A program made the translations under genes and the position numbers. Of a stretch of 64,000 bases of DNA, positions 39,912 through 50,320 are shown in pieces. Numbering within the stretch: the first letter of the stretch is position 1; each line of letters opens with the position of its first letter. The notes beneath the pieces are model-generated. The model was not told the origin of the DNA and did not search any database. It was given only the letters and a program-made list of their open reading frames with translations. Location: the NCBI GenBank assembly GCA_963758495.1, contig CAVWVI010000003.1, positions 32,001 through 96,000 on the forward strand, given 5' to 3'. Source of the DNA: Oligoflexia bacterium (GTDB lineage: Bacteria; Bdellovibrionota; UBA1018).

Positions 39912-42173
39912 ATGAAGCGACTTTACCTGCTGTGGTTATACGCAGTCACATTAACCGCCCTACTGACAGCAAGCGTACTCACTATGATTGAAGAGAGGAG
40001 AAATACAAAAGAAGCGACTTCACGCGTTGCATCTCTTGCCTCAAGTATTGAGGATACTTTAATACTCAATTACAACGCAAAGCGATTGAATCGAATCGAA
40101 AAATTGATTAATAGGTTACGAACAAGTCAACGATTACTTGGAATCATTATCTGTGATCAAACATTGGGGAAAACTCTTACCTTCCCTAAAAATAAAAGCT
40201 GGGAAATTCAATGCTCTTCTCAAGCTGCAAAAAAGGCCATTTCTACTGGTCAAGACGTAAATTGGATATCCACATCTCAAATAGGTAAATTACAATTTTA
40301 TTATCATCCTATTGAGAGCATCGGACCAGGTGATCCAAGTTTGTTTGTTATTATTAACCGAGATCCCTTTACTCAAAAAATGTCATGGTTTGAATCTTTT
40401 ATCAGATTTTTTATATCCACCTGGTTGGGCGGCCTTATTCTTATTTCGTTAGTTACAACTCAAGTAGGGAGATGGGTCCAAGGCAACTTTAGAATACTTC
40501 AACAAGCCCTCCTTGCGATGATAGCCGGTCGAAAACCGCAAAGACTTTCTCTTTTCAATAGTGAGCCAATCTCGAAAGAAATCGACACGCTCGCCACAAA
40601 AATATTAGCACTCCAACCCCCCCGCCCACCTTTTAAAGAAACCTCAAGTTGGATTAAATCCCTGCGAGAAAGCATGAAAGATAAAAACCTCATCGTAATT
40701 GCCAACAGGGAGCCTTATATACATCAATACAAAAATAATAAAATCGAGATTATTAGGCCTGCAAGTGGTCTTGTTACAGCGCTAGAACCTATTCTCAGGC
40801 AATTTGGGGGGAGATGGATTGCTCATGGAAATGGCTCAGCTGATTTGGACACGGCGAATTCAGATGGCGAAGTCATGGTCCCACCTGGCAATCCAAAATA
40901 TACACTGCAACGTGTAGCACTCAGCCGCGAAGAGGAGCTTGGGTATTATTATGGATTCTCTAACGAAGGATTATGGCCACTCTGCCATCTCGCGCATACG
41001 AGACCGACTTTTAGACTTTCTGACTGGGAACAGTATAAAACTGTCAACCAGCGTTTTACTCAAGCCATCCCAAATCGTACACTTACAGATAAATCTATAA
41101 TTTTAGTGCAAGACTATCATTTTGCTTTAATGCCCAGATTAATTAGAACACGGGAAGGATTTAGAAATTCAAAAATTGGAATTTTTTGGCATATTCCTTG
41201 GCCCAACCCAGAGGCTTTTGGAATTTGCCCTTGGAATCAGGAGCTTCTTAAAGGAATGTTGGGATCGGATATCATTGGATTTCATACACAGTATCATTGT
41301 AATAACTTTTTAGAGACGTGTAATCGTTATCTAGAAGCGAGAATTGATTGGGAACATTTTTCCGTTACCATGGATAACCATGAGACTTTTGTAAAAGCAT
41401 TTCCAATTGGCATTGATCCCAGTCCAGTCAATACTCTCACTGATGAAGAAATTACCGCACTAAAAACCCGATATGGTATTTATAATAAATGGGTAGCAGT
41501 TGGCGTCGATAGGCTCGACTATACCAAAGGAATTATTGAACGAATCGAAGCAGTAGAGCGATTTTTAGAAAAGAATCCTGAATATATAGGCAATTTCACA
41601 TTAGTACAAATGGGATCCCCCAGTCGAACTGATATTCCTGCTTATCGATTTTTAGCAGAACAGTTGCAACAGATCGTAAATCGAGTGAATCATCGTTTTG
41701 GGAGTCAAATTGGAGGCAAAAACTATCAGCCCATTCTTTTCTTAAATCAGCATCATGAATGGGAAGAAATTCAATATTTTTATCAAATTGGAGACCTCTG
41801 CTTGGTCACTTCATTACATGATGGAATGAACCTAGTAGCTAAAGAATACGTCTGGTGCCAACGCTCAGATCGAGGATCACTCATCCTGAGTAAATTTACA
41901 GGCGCAAGTCGTGAGCTAACGGAAGCACTCATCGTTAATCCCTACTCTATTGAAGAACTAGCTGATGCAATTGCAACGGCTCTCCACATGTCTAAAGAAG
42001 AAAAAACCAAGCGTATGGATATTATGAAAGAAAAAATTGAAGCCCATAGTGCATTTCATTGGGCGTCTAATCTTATTCGGGCTCTATTGACAAAAGGGGA
42101 AACTTCTTCCATTCCGCAACAAGAATCTGATCTTCAAGGTAAGTTGCAGTCCATAAAGGGGGGTTCAATATAA
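39912..42173 (+). CDS. otsA: trehalose-6-phosphate synthase (GT20) with N-terminal TM-periplasmic-TM extension
   Basis: ANREP, SGLVTAL, QDYH, FWHIPWP, GVDRLDYTKG, DGMNLVAKEY; about 255 extra N-terminal residues. Confidence 0.88.
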   Translation: MKRLYLLWLYAVTLTALLTASVLTMIEERRNTKEATSRVASLASSIEDTLILNYNAKRLNRIEKLINRLRTSQRLLGIIICDQTLGKTLTFPKNKSWEIQCSSQAAKKAISTGQDVNWISTSQIGKLQFYYHPIESIGPGDPSLFVIINRDPFTQKMSWFESFIRFFISTWLGGLILISLVTTQVGRWVQGNFRILQQALLAMIAGRKPQRLSLFNSEPISKEIDTLATKILALQPPRPPFKETSSWIKSLRESMKDKNLIVIANREPYIHQYKNNKIEIIRPASGLVTALEPILRQFGGRWIAHGNGSADLDTANSDGEVMVPPGNPKYTLQRVALSREEELGYYYGFSNEGLWPLCHLAHTRPTFRLSDWEQYKTVNQRFTQAIPNRTLTDKSIILVQDYHFALMPRLIRTREGFRNSKIGIFWHIPWPNPEAFGICPWNQELLKGMLGSDIIGFHTQYHCNNFLETCNRYLEARIDWEHFSVTMDNHETFVKAFPIGIDPSPVNTLTDEEITALKTRYGIYNKWVAVGVDRLDYTKGIIERIEAVERFLEKNPEYIGNFTLVQMGSPSRTDIPAYRFLAEQLQQIVNRVNHRFGSQIGGKNYQPILFLNQHHEWEEIQYFYQIGDLCLVTSLHDGMNLVAKEYVWCQRSDRGSLILSKFTGASRELTEALIVNPYSIEELADAIATALHMSKEEKTKRMDIMKEKIEAHSAFHWASNLIRALLTKGETSSIPQQESDLQGKLQSIKGGSI

Positions 42174-42223
42174 AGAAAGCCCCACTTTTCTTTTTTACCA
42201 TTTCCTTGTAGGCTTTAATTTGT

Positions 42224-42901
42224 ATGCTTTCTAAACTGAGTGCTCTTTCCAAAACTATCAGTAATTGTAATAAGTGCCCCCGCCTCCGAGAATATTGTCA
42301 AAAAATAGCAAAGACTAAACGCAGGGCCTACTTGAAAGAGACTTACTGGGGAAAACCAGTCAGTGGATTTGGAGATCCAGCCGCCCGACTTATGATTGTT
42401 GGACTGGCTCCCGCCGCTCACGGTGCAAACCGCACAGGCCGTGTCTTTACGGGAGACCGATCAGGTGAATGGCTCTACCGTGCACTTCATAAAGCAGGAT
42501 TTGCAAATCGACCTGACTCTATCGGTCGTGATGATGGTCTCATCCTTCAAAATACCTATATTACTTGCATAGTAAAATGCGCTCCTCCGGAAAACCTACC
42601 CAATCCAGTTGAAAAAACAAATTGTGCAAAATATCTGCAAGCCGAATTCGCAGCACTCAACAAAGTGCGTGTTTGGATTGCTTTGGGGCAAATTGCATTA
42701 AAAAATACTTGGCCCTTACTCCAACCTTTATTACCACAACCCAAATTCCAACATGGAAGTCGAATTTCCTTGGGGTCTGGGCACTGGCTTTTACTTTCTT
42801 ACCACCCCAGTCAGCAAAACACTTTCACGGGAAGATTGACGGAGCCCATGTTTGATTCTATTTTTTCACAAGCCAAAGATCTACTCTCCCCTCACAACTG
42901 A
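42224..42901 (+). CDS. uracil-DNA glycosylase, family 5 (UdgB-like)
   Basis: CxxC Fe-S motif, GLAPAAHGANRTGRVFTGD, HPSQQN. Confidence 0.9.
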   Translation: MLSKLSALSKTISNCNKCPRLREYCQKIAKTKRRAYLKETYWGKPVSGFGDPAARLMIVGLAPAAHGANRTGRVFTGDRSGEWLYRALHKAGFANRPDSIGRDDGLILQNTYITCIVKCAPPENLPNPVEKTNCAKYLQAEFAALNKVRVWIALGQIALKNTWPLLQPLLPQPKFQHGSRISLGSGHWLLLSYHPSQQNTFTGRLTEPMFDSIFSQAKDLLSPHN

Positions 42902-42910
42902 GCCATTAAA

Positions 42911-43564
42911 ATGCCAATCAAATACTTTCCAGATCCAAGACACTCCACACCTGAAGGAATCGTTGCCCTAGGAGGAGATTTGGAAGTTGAAAGTCTGATG
43001 CTTGCCTATCGACAAGGCATTTTCCCCTGGCCTCACCCCGAATATCCATTAGTCTGGTTTTGTCCTCCAGAACGTGCGGTACTTGAAATAGAAAGACTTC
43101 ATATTCCTAGAAGCCTCGCTCGTGCTCGAAAACGAAATCCTTTTACATTTACGATTGATCAAGCATTTGAAAAAGTCATTTCTCATTGTGCGTCGACCAT
43201 TCGCCCTAGCCAAACCGGAACATGGATCACCCCTGAAATGGAGCACGCTTATTACCAACTCCATCAAAAAGGCCATGCCCATAGTGTAGAGGTATGGAAC
43301 GAGAATCAATTGGTTGGAGGTATTTATGGTGTGGATGCAGGGGGTGTATTTTCAGGTGAAAGCATGTTTCACATCGAGCCTAATGCTTCTAAATTAGCCA
43401 TTCTGCATCTCTTGGATCATCTTTATTCTAGAAATCTCAACTGGATTGATATTCAAGTGATGACCCCTCATATGGAGACTTTAGGTGCGAGAATGATCCC
43501 CAGAGACAAATTTCTTAAAAAATTAGTTAAAACTTGTGCATTAAAATTGAAATTATTTAATTAA
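42911..43564 (+). CDS. aat: leucyl/phenylalanyl-tRNA-protein transferase
   Basis: GGDL, AYRQGIFPW, TWIT, AHSVEVW, GESMF, ASK. Confidence 0.96.
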   Translation: MPIKYFPDPRHSTPEGIVALGGDLEVESLMLAYRQGIFPWPHPEYPLVWFCPPERAVLEIERLHIPRSLARARKRNPFTFTIDQAFEKVISHCASTIRPSQTGTWITPEMEHAYYQLHQKGHAHSVEVWNENQLVGGIYGVDAGGVFSGESMFHIEPNASKLAILHLLDHLYSRNLNWIDIQVMTPHMETLGARMIPRDKFLKKLVKTCALKLKLFN

Positions 43565-43566
43565 GA

Positions 43567-44115
43567 CTAGCCAGTAGAACGCCGCTTACGCTTAAGCGAT
43601 AGAGTCAGCGTAAATCGCGCCACAGGTTCATCAGGCAACTGAGAAGGGACAAAAGCAACGATATGAACGGGCATATTCTCACGTTCACCTGATTGAATTG
43701 CTTTCTCAACCAGCTCCCGAATTTGATCGCCCTCTTCGCAGATAAAATGAACATCACCCTCAGCACGTTTCAAAAACTCAGCATGAAAATCTTTAAAAAT
43801 GAGGGAAACGTGATTTCCCCTTTCCTGAATCAATCTCATCGCAATCAGACCGCCTGCGCAGTCCGCCCCGGCTGCTAAAGCTCCAAAATACATCGAATTC
43901 AAGTGATTCTTAGTTCGACGCTTTAAGGGAATGCTGACTACACAACGTTGATCAGAAACTTCAACAACGGTAGGTGAGATAAAAAAGAGGAGTGGTATTT
44001 TAAGAAATCCGAAACTCCGCAAAAGAAAAGTATCCCTCACTTTTGCGGGAATCGCTTGAGCGAGAGGTCCTGCAATTACTTTTGTCAGAGATTCGGATGC
44101 CTTATTAAAATTCAC
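43567..44115 (-). CDS. DUF4442/PaaI-like hotdog-fold protein
   Basis: RRTKNHLNSMYFGAL, FLKRAEGDV. Confidence 0.8.
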   Translation of the reverse strand: MNFNKASESLTKVIAGPLAQAIPAKVRDTFLLRSFGFLKIPLLFFISPTVVEVSDQRCVVSIPLKRRTKNHLNSMYFGALAAGADCAGGLIAMRLIQERGNHVSLIFKDFHAEFLKRAEGDVHFICEEGDQIRELVEKAIQSGERENMPVHIVAFVPSQLPDEPVARFTLTLSLKRKRRSTG

Positions 44116-44117
44116 AA

Positions 44118-44342
44118 TTATTTTTTCTTGCTCTTCTTCTTACGAAAAGCAGCTTTTTTATCGATAGCTCTCTTTGATTTGCCTTCAAAATATTTCTTAG
44201 CAAAATCTTTATCGGCCTTAAGCTTCGTAACTCTCTTCTTGCGTCCTTCAGTCTTTTTACGACGTCGAATACCCTTTGCGACTAATTTATCGCCGGCCTT
44301 GGGATTCGCTGTTTTGGACTGGACTGTTTCAGTATTACTCAT
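44118..44342 (-). CDS. small, very basic hypothetical protein
   Basis: Lys/Arg-rich 74 aa from MSNTET; AAGGA RBS. Confidence 0.65.
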   Translation of the reverse strand: MSNTETVQSKTANPKAGDKLVAKGIRRRKKTEGRKKRVTKLKADKDFAKKYFEGKSKRAIDKKAAFRKKKSKKK

Positions 44343-44470
44343 AGTCTTTATTTTCCTTATACTAATATAAACACGCAAGATACCCTAATTGATCGGTTAT
44401 TGCCATAGGAAATCGTGAGGGAACATTTACAAATTTTTCAAAGTCTTTTCTTCGTATTCTCTTCTAGGAA

Positions 44471-46885
44471 CTAACTATTCCGCACTGTCTCAGGTTTAAC
44501 AGTAACAGGCCCACGACCAGAACTCCCCGTACTCAAAGAGTATTCAAAGGCAATTTCATCTTCGCGAACCCAGACTTTCACATTTCCGCCTTGTTCTAAT
44601 TTTCCAAAAAGGATTTCCTCGGAAAGGGGCCTTTTAATCTGATCTTGAATCAGTCGCGCCAGGGGCCTTGCACCCATAAAACGATCGTATCCCTTTTTAG
44701 CTAGCCATTCTTTTACTTCAGATCCAAATTCAACATCGACATTCTTGGCAAGGAGTTGGGATTCAAGCTCCATGAGCTGTTTACTCACCACTTGATTCAC
44801 AGTTACAGGGTCTAAAACATTAAAATAGACAATAGAATCAAGGCGATTTCTAAACTCTGGACTAAATGTTTGTTCAACCGCCTTTTGAGCCTGATTTCCC
44901 TTTAAATCCTCAGTCGAAATCATACCCAAAGGACGACGCTCCAGCTCTCTCGATCCGACGTTTGACGTCATAATCAAAATAGTATTTCTAAAGTCAGCTT
45001 TTCGGCCATTATTATCCGTCAAAGCACCGTGATCCATGACTTGAAGCAAAATATTCCAGATGTCGGCATGCGCCTTCTCGATTTCATCCAAAAGTATGAC
45101 AGAATACGGACTCTTTAGAACCGCATCGGTTAAAAGTCCTGCCTGTTCAAACCCTACATACCCTGGAGGTGCACCAATCAACCGAGAAAGAGTATGTTTT
45201 TCACTGTATTCACTCATGTCATAGCGTAGAAACGGCACGCCTAAGCAGTGGGCAAGCTGTTTACTCAATTCAGTTTTTCCGACTCCCGTAGGTCCACAAA
45301 ATAAGAAGGACCCAACAGGACGTTCTCCTGTACGCAAGCCAGACCGTGCTAACCGAATTGCGGTAACCAGTGCATCCACCGCTTGATCTTGTCCAAAAAT
45401 AGACAGCTTCAGATCCATTTTTAAATTCTTTAACCGTGCTTTTTGGCTACTATTTACAGAACGCGCTGGAATTCTCGCGATTTGAACCACAACTTCTTCG
45501 ATCGCTCCTGAATCTAAAATCTTGCTATTATTGGATTGATCCGATAAATTCTTCTTTAACCTCGATTTTGCACCCGCCTCATCAATAACATCAATTGCTT
45601 TATCAGGTAAAAATCGGTCAGCCAAATGCTTGACTGAAAGCTCAACCGCAGTCTTGAGTGCCTCAACAGTATACTGCACTCCATGGTATTCTTCGAATCG
45701 AGATTTTAAGCCCATAAGAATCTGGACAGCTTCTTCACTCGTTGGCTCAGTTACATCAATTTTTTGAAATCTTCTCGCCAAAGCATGATCTTTTTCAAAT
45801 ACACTCCGAAACTCAGTATAGGTAGTGGAGCCCATGCAGCGAATAGAACCTTGCGACAAAAGAGGTTTGAGTAAATTAGCTGCATCTAAGGATCCACCGC
45901 TTACTGCTCCCGCACCTACGATCGTATGAATCTCATCTATAAATAGAATCGGATGTTGGCCTTTTTCCCGCTTAGCTTCTAATGAAGCAATCACTCGTTT
46001 AAATCTCTGTTCAAAATCTCCGCGAAACTTTGCACCTGCCAGAAGTGCTCCGAGATCCAAAGCATAGACTACTGCAGTTTGAAGAAGGTCAGGTACAGCA
46101 TGATCCACAATTCGAAAAGCAAGTCCCTCAGCCAAAGCAGTTTTTCCAACTCCGGCTTCTCCCACTAAAAGAGGATTATTTTTTCGACGACGACAAAGGA
46201 TCTGGATCATTCTCTCGAGTTCAAGCTCTCGTCCAATCAATGGATCGGTTTTTCCAGCTTTAGCCTGATCATTCAAATTAATCGTAAAAGAAGAGAGGAC
46301 ATCTTCAGACTTTTTAGGGGGGCTTGGATTGAGAGAAAGTTTCTCATCATTTACTTCACTACTTTCTTCTGAGGAGTAGTCTTCATTTTCAGGCTGGATA
46401 TCCGTTCGATCGTCTTTATCTTTACGAATCCCGTGACTCATATAATTTAACAAATCCAGACGCTCAATTCCCTGCTCTACAAGTAACAGAAAAGCCTTGG
46501 AGTCTTTTGCTTGAAAAAGAGCTACTAATAAATCCTCGGGCTGAATTTCATCTTTTCCTGCCGATTGAACATGAAAAAGCGCTCGTTGAATCAATCGCTG
46601 AATACTCAAAGTTGCAACAGGGTGCTCTATGGGATTGTCATCCATAGATTCTTCAGAAGTGGCTTGGTCTGAACGAGCTGCCTTGGGTATCTCAGCTTGA
46701 AGGTACACTTCTAATTCTTGTTGAATCACGGCTGGATTCCCGCCTGTAGCTTGAATCGTTTCACTAATTCGTGAATCTGCGAGCAAGCTCCAAAGAACAT
46801 GCTCTAGGGTAAAATACTCATGTTCCTGCTCTACAGCATAGCGTACAGCTCGATTTAAAACTGTTTCTGCTCTTCGACCTATCAT
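44471..46885 (-). CDS. clpA: ATP-dependent Clp protease ATPase subunit
   Basis: Two AAA+ modules (GEAGVGKT, GPTGVGKT), no ClpB middle domain, downstream of clpS. Confidence 0.96.
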   Translation of the reverse strand: MIGRRAETVLNRAVRYAVEQEHEYFTLEHVLWSLLADSRISETIQATGGNPAVIQQELEVYLQAEIPKAARSDQATSEESMDDNPIEHPVATLSIQRLIQRALFHVQSAGKDEIQPEDLLVALFQAKDSKAFLLLVEQGIERLDLLNYMSHGIRKDKDDRTDIQPENEDYSSEESSEVNDEKLSLNPSPPKKSEDVLSSFTINLNDQAKAGKTDPLIGRELELERMIQILCRRRKNNPLLVGEAGVGKTALAEGLAFRIVDHAVPDLLQTAVVYALDLGALLAGAKFRGDFEQRFKRVIASLEAKREKGQHPILFIDEIHTIVGAGAVSGGSLDAANLLKPLLSQGSIRCMGSTTYTEFRSVFEKDHALARRFQKIDVTEPTSEEAVQILMGLKSRFEEYHGVQYTVEALKTAVELSVKHLADRFLPDKAIDVIDEAGAKSRLKKNLSDQSNNSKILDSGAIEEVVVQIARIPARSVNSSQKARLKNLKMDLKLSIFGQDQAVDALVTAIRLARSGLRTGERPVGSFLFCGPTGVGKTELSKQLAHCLGVPFLRYDMSEYSEKHTLSRLIGAPPGYVGFEQAGLLTDAVLKSPYSVILLDEIEKAHADIWNILLQVMDHGALTDNNGRKADFRNTILIMTSNVGSRELERRPLGMISTEDLKGNQAQKAVEQTFSPEFRNRLDSIVYFNVLDPVTVNQVVSKQLMELESQLLAKNVDVEFGSEVKEWLAKKGYDRFMGARPLARLIQDQIKRPLSEEILFGKLEQGGNVKVWVREDEIAFEYSLSTGSSGRGPVTVKPETVRNS

Positions 46886-46969
46886 TCAACCCTCTTGCTG
46901 AGATATATACTCTCTTTTCCACACTTCTGTATATATGTAACTTCTTCATTCACGAGTGTTGACAAACAT

Positions 46970-47290
46970 TCAGTCATCCGCCAGTTCAGTACTACATTTC
47001 AACGGGAACCCTTTTATGCGAGCATACTCATGAACCTGCACTACTTTTGTTTCTGCAATTTCGTAATGAAAGACGCCCGCAATACCCCTACCCTGTTGAT
47101 GGACTTTTAGCATGATCTGTACCGCTTCTTCTTCAGTCTTTTTAAAAAAGCGTTTTAAGACATCTACAACGAATTCCATAGTGCTATAGTCATCATTATG
47201 TAAAAGGACCACATAACGAGGTGGCTCTTTTGGTTTTGGACGTCCTTCTTGGAGTTCAATGTGCGAAGACTCTTGAATTCTCTCTCCCAT
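46970..47290 (-). CDS. clpS: Clp protease adaptor
   Basis: LHNDDYSTMEFVV, MLKVH, EIAETK, FPL. Confidence 0.96.
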   Translation of the reverse strand: MGERIQESSHIELQEGRPKPKEPPRYVVLLHNDDYSTMEFVVDVLKRFFKKTEEEAVQIMLKVHQQGRGIAGVFHYEIAETKVVQVHEYARIKGFPLKCSTELADD

Positions 47291-47390
47291 AGAATGATCA
47301 GTTTAGCATGTCATTAGATGAGGTGTATCGGATTAAATTTTCGCACAATAGTTCTTGACCCCGAGGGCCTCCCTCGCACATTCTCATCCC

Positions 47391-47924
47391 GTGAACAGGG
47401 ACTCATTAATACGACAACTTGAATTGGCACGCTTCGAGCGAGCGCTTGAAGTTTCAGAAAGTCTAGCAGAGCACAGAGCATTGCTCACAACAACAGAGCT
47501 AGCTCGACTCAATAATATCCTTACAGGAAAAAACGATGATCCATGGCGTCAAGAAACGGTCACCATTACTCTTCCTTCCGGGAAATCAGAAACTCTTGCT
47601 TTAATCATTGACCCAGTTGTAACAGCACGTGAAAAACTGCACCGAGCTACAGAAGTCGCAGAAGGCGGAGCCGCCATCGATGCAGCCGTAGATATTTATG
47701 CTGACTTGGTCCTGGCACACGTCTTTGAAGATGCCAACCGTAGAACTGCCGTACTAGCCAGTCATTATTTTTTATGTCGCTATGGATTGCATGTACCAGG
47801 AATTGCCCTCTATGAGCTCGGCCTGGGCGACCTTCGGGAAGAAGGACAAATTGATGCCCTTCGCGAGGTCATTCAACAAATAACAAAGTTTGCACAAAAA
47901 AGACGTGAATTTCAAAAAAAATGA
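47391..47924 (+). CDS. Fic/Doc-family protein
   Basis: HVFEDANRRTA variant of the Fic motif; start uncertain (47355 or 47391). Confidence 0.72.
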   Translation: MNRDSLIRQLELARFERALEVSESLAEHRALLTTTELARLNNILTGKNDDPWRQETVTITLPSGKSETLALIIDPVVTAREKLHRATEVAEGGAAIDAAVDIYADLVLAHVFEDANRRTAVLASHYFLCRYGLHVPGIALYELGLGDLREEGQIDALREVIQQITKFAQKRREFQKK

Positions 47925-47969
47925 TAAATGACTATATAACTTTAATCATTTAAATAAGGAGATCCCTAC

Positions 47970-48374
47970 GTGAAACACACCCATCTATCCAAGTTCATTT
48001 TATCCAAGTTAGTTTTATCCATTTTAATTTGTATCACTGCAAATTCAATCAATGCTTTCGCGGAAACTCGAAAATTTAATCTCATTGCGAAGGAAGTGGA
48101 CGGAACCAAACATTGGTTTCTCAAGGGGCACACTAAAAAAACTGATTCTCTCACACTCACTGTGAATCAGGGTGACACTGTCAAAATTCATGCTATCAGC
48201 GCTACAGGCGCAACAAATAACGTCCATGGTTTTGCAATTGATCAGTTTAAAGTTTCCGCCGTAGTAGATGGCAAAGGTAAGGATATTGAATTCGTCGCCA
48301 ATCAAGCAGGTACTTATCCTATTTATTGCCAACTCCACCCTAAACATGTAGGTGGACAGCTCGTAGTGAAATGA
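47970..48374 (+). CDS. secreted cupredoxin-domain protein
   Basis: VHGF...GTYPIYCQLHPKHVGGQLVV; signal peptide. Confidence 0.8.
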   Translation: MKHTHLSKFILSKLVLSILICITANSINAFAETRKFNLIAKEVDGTKHWFLKGHTKKTDSLTLTVNQGDTVKIHAISATGATNNVHGFAIDQFKVSAVVDGKGKDIEFVANQAGTYPIYCQLHPKHVGGQLVVK

Positions 48375-48389
48375 AGCCTCAAGCTAATG

Positions 48390-48528
48390 ACCTCAGTTCG
48401 AGTTCAGGGATAGTTTCGGTTTCAGTTGCTGTTTCGGCTCAGTATCGGTAAGAAAATCTTCTAAACTGTGCCTACAGGAACCGAGACTCGGACTGAAACT
48501 GCCTCCGATTCTTATCCCGAACTGAGGT
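48390..48528. repeat. 139-bp palindromic MITE-like element
   Basis: ACCTCAGTTCG...CGAACTGAGGT ends plus internal GTTTCAGT/ACTGAAAC complementarity. Confidence 0.6.
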
Positions 48529-48541
48529 GTTCATGGATTAT

Positions 48542-50224
48542 TTAGTGAGTCAATTTCTTGAACTTCATCCGATGAGGCTGGACCGCCTCAGCCCCTAACC
48601 GCTTTTTCTTATCTTCTTCGTAATCCTGAAAATTACCTTCCACCAGTACGACGCTACTGTCTCCTTCGAAAGCTAAAATATGAGTACAAATTCTATCTAA
48701 AAACCAACGATCATGGCTGATCACCAAAGCGCACCCAGCAAAATTCAGAAGAGCATCTTCCAACGCTCTCAGTGTATTTACATCTAAGTCATTTGTCGGT
48801 TCATCGAGCAAAAGAACATTTCCGCCAGATTTTAAGATTTTAGCTAAATGAACCCGATTTCTTTCACCGCCCGAAAGATTCCCGACCTTCTTTTGTTGAT
48901 CTCCACCTGTAAAATTAAATCGAGCACAATAGGCACGAGATTGAACTTCCCGATTTCCTAATAAGATCGTCTCATTCTTTCCATCAGAAATTTCTTCCCA
49001 TACTGACTTTTCTGGATCCAGCGCATCTCTAGACTGATCCACATAAGCCATTTGTACTGTATCACCTATTCTTATGGTTCCCTGGTCTGGCTTTTCTTGC
49101 CCAGTCAACATTCTAAAAAGTGTCGTTTTTCCGGCACCGTTTCCACCTATAATTCCGACTAAACTAGCGGGAGGAATATTAAATGAAAAATCATCAAATA
49201 AAACTTTGTCATTAAATCCTTTTGAAATTTTATTTCCTTCAATGACAAGGTTTCCTAATCGCGGACCTGATGGAATATGAATTTCTACTTCTTCAATACG
49301 GTCTGGACGATCTTCTGCTAATAGCTTCTCATAAGCACCTACACGGGCCTTGCTCTTCGCCTGTCTTGCACGAGGACTCATTCGAATCCACTCTAATTCA
49401 CGTTCTAAGCTTTTTTGTCTCTTCGTTTCTTGCTTTTCTTCCTGTTCAAGGCGTTTAGCTTTTTGTTCTAGCCATGACGAATAATTTCCTTCCCAAGGAA
49501 TTCCATGACCCCGATCGAGTTCCAAAATCCATCCAGCAATATTATCTAAGAAATAACGATCGTGAGTGACTGCAACGACGGTTCCTTGATAATTCTTTAA
49601 AAACTGCTCTAACCAACTCACTGACTCCGCATCCAAATGATTGGTAGGCTCATCGAGAAGCAAAATATCGGGTTTTTGTAATAATAACTTACACAGAGCC
49701 ACTCGCCGCCGCTCTCCTCCAGAGAGATGCTTCACGTTCTCATCAGAGGGAGGGAGTCGGAGAGCATCCATAGCAATGTCGAGAGTTCTATCTAAGTCCC
49801 ATCCATTTGCATGTTCAATTTTTTCCTGAACCTCTGCTTGTTCGGATAAAAGCTTTTCCATTTTATCTGGATCAAGATCTGGATTGGCAAATTCTTCATT
49901 AATCTGTTCAAATCGCTTCAGCCATTTAACCAGATCCCCTAACCCTTCTTGCACATTTTCGCGAACTGTTTTTGAATCATCCAAGACAGGCTCTTGAGGT
50001 AGATATCCCACAGAAATTCCGTCCCCTGGACGAGCTTCCCCATTAAAATTTTTCTCCACTCCTGCCATAATCCGGAGCAAAGTCGATTTACCAGATCCGT
50101 TAAGTCCTAAAACTCCAATTTTTGCGCCGTAATAAAAAGAGAGATAAATATCACGAAGAACCTGTTTATTAGGTGGATAAATTTTCCCTACGCCCTGCAT
50201 TGAAAATGCGAATTTTTGTGCCAT
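48542..50224 (-). CDS. ettA: ABC-F translational throttle ATPase
   Basis: [20 protein letters not shown], two ABC domains, [16 protein letters not shown]. Confidence 0.95.
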   Translation of the reverse strand: MAQKFAFSMQGVGKIYPPNKQVLRDIYLSFYYGAKIGVLGLNGSGKSTLLRIMAGVEKNFNGEARPGDGISVGYLPQEPVLDDSKTVRENVQEGLGDLVKWLKRFEQINEEFANPDLDPDKMEKLLSEQAEVQEKIEHANGWDLDRTLDIAMDALRLPPSDENVKHLSGGERRRVALCKLLLQKPDILLLDEPTNHLDAESVSWLEQFLKNYQGTVVAVTHDRYFLDNIAGWILELDRGHGIPWEGNYSSWLEQKAKRLEQEEKQETKRQKSLERELEWIRMSPRARQAKSKARVGAYEKLLAEDRPDRIEEVEIHIPSGPRLGNLVIEGNKISKGFNDKVLFDDFSFNIPPASLVGIIGGNGAGKTTLFRMLTGQEKPDQGTIRIGDTVQMAYVDQSRDALDPEKSVWEEISDGKNETILLGNREVQSRAYCARFNFTGGDQQKKVGNLSGGERNRVHLAKILKSGGNVLLLDEPTNDLDVNTLRALEDALLNFAGCALVISHDRWFLDRICTHILAFEGDSSVVLVEGNFQDYEEDKKKRLGAEAVQPHRMKFKKLTH

Positions 50225-50320
50225 TTGAAATCACTTATACCTTCTTTTTAGATCCTGTACAATCCTAAGAGGCCTCATAAAGTACTTTGAAGCCACTCAA
50301 ATCAAGAGTATTTTAAGAAA

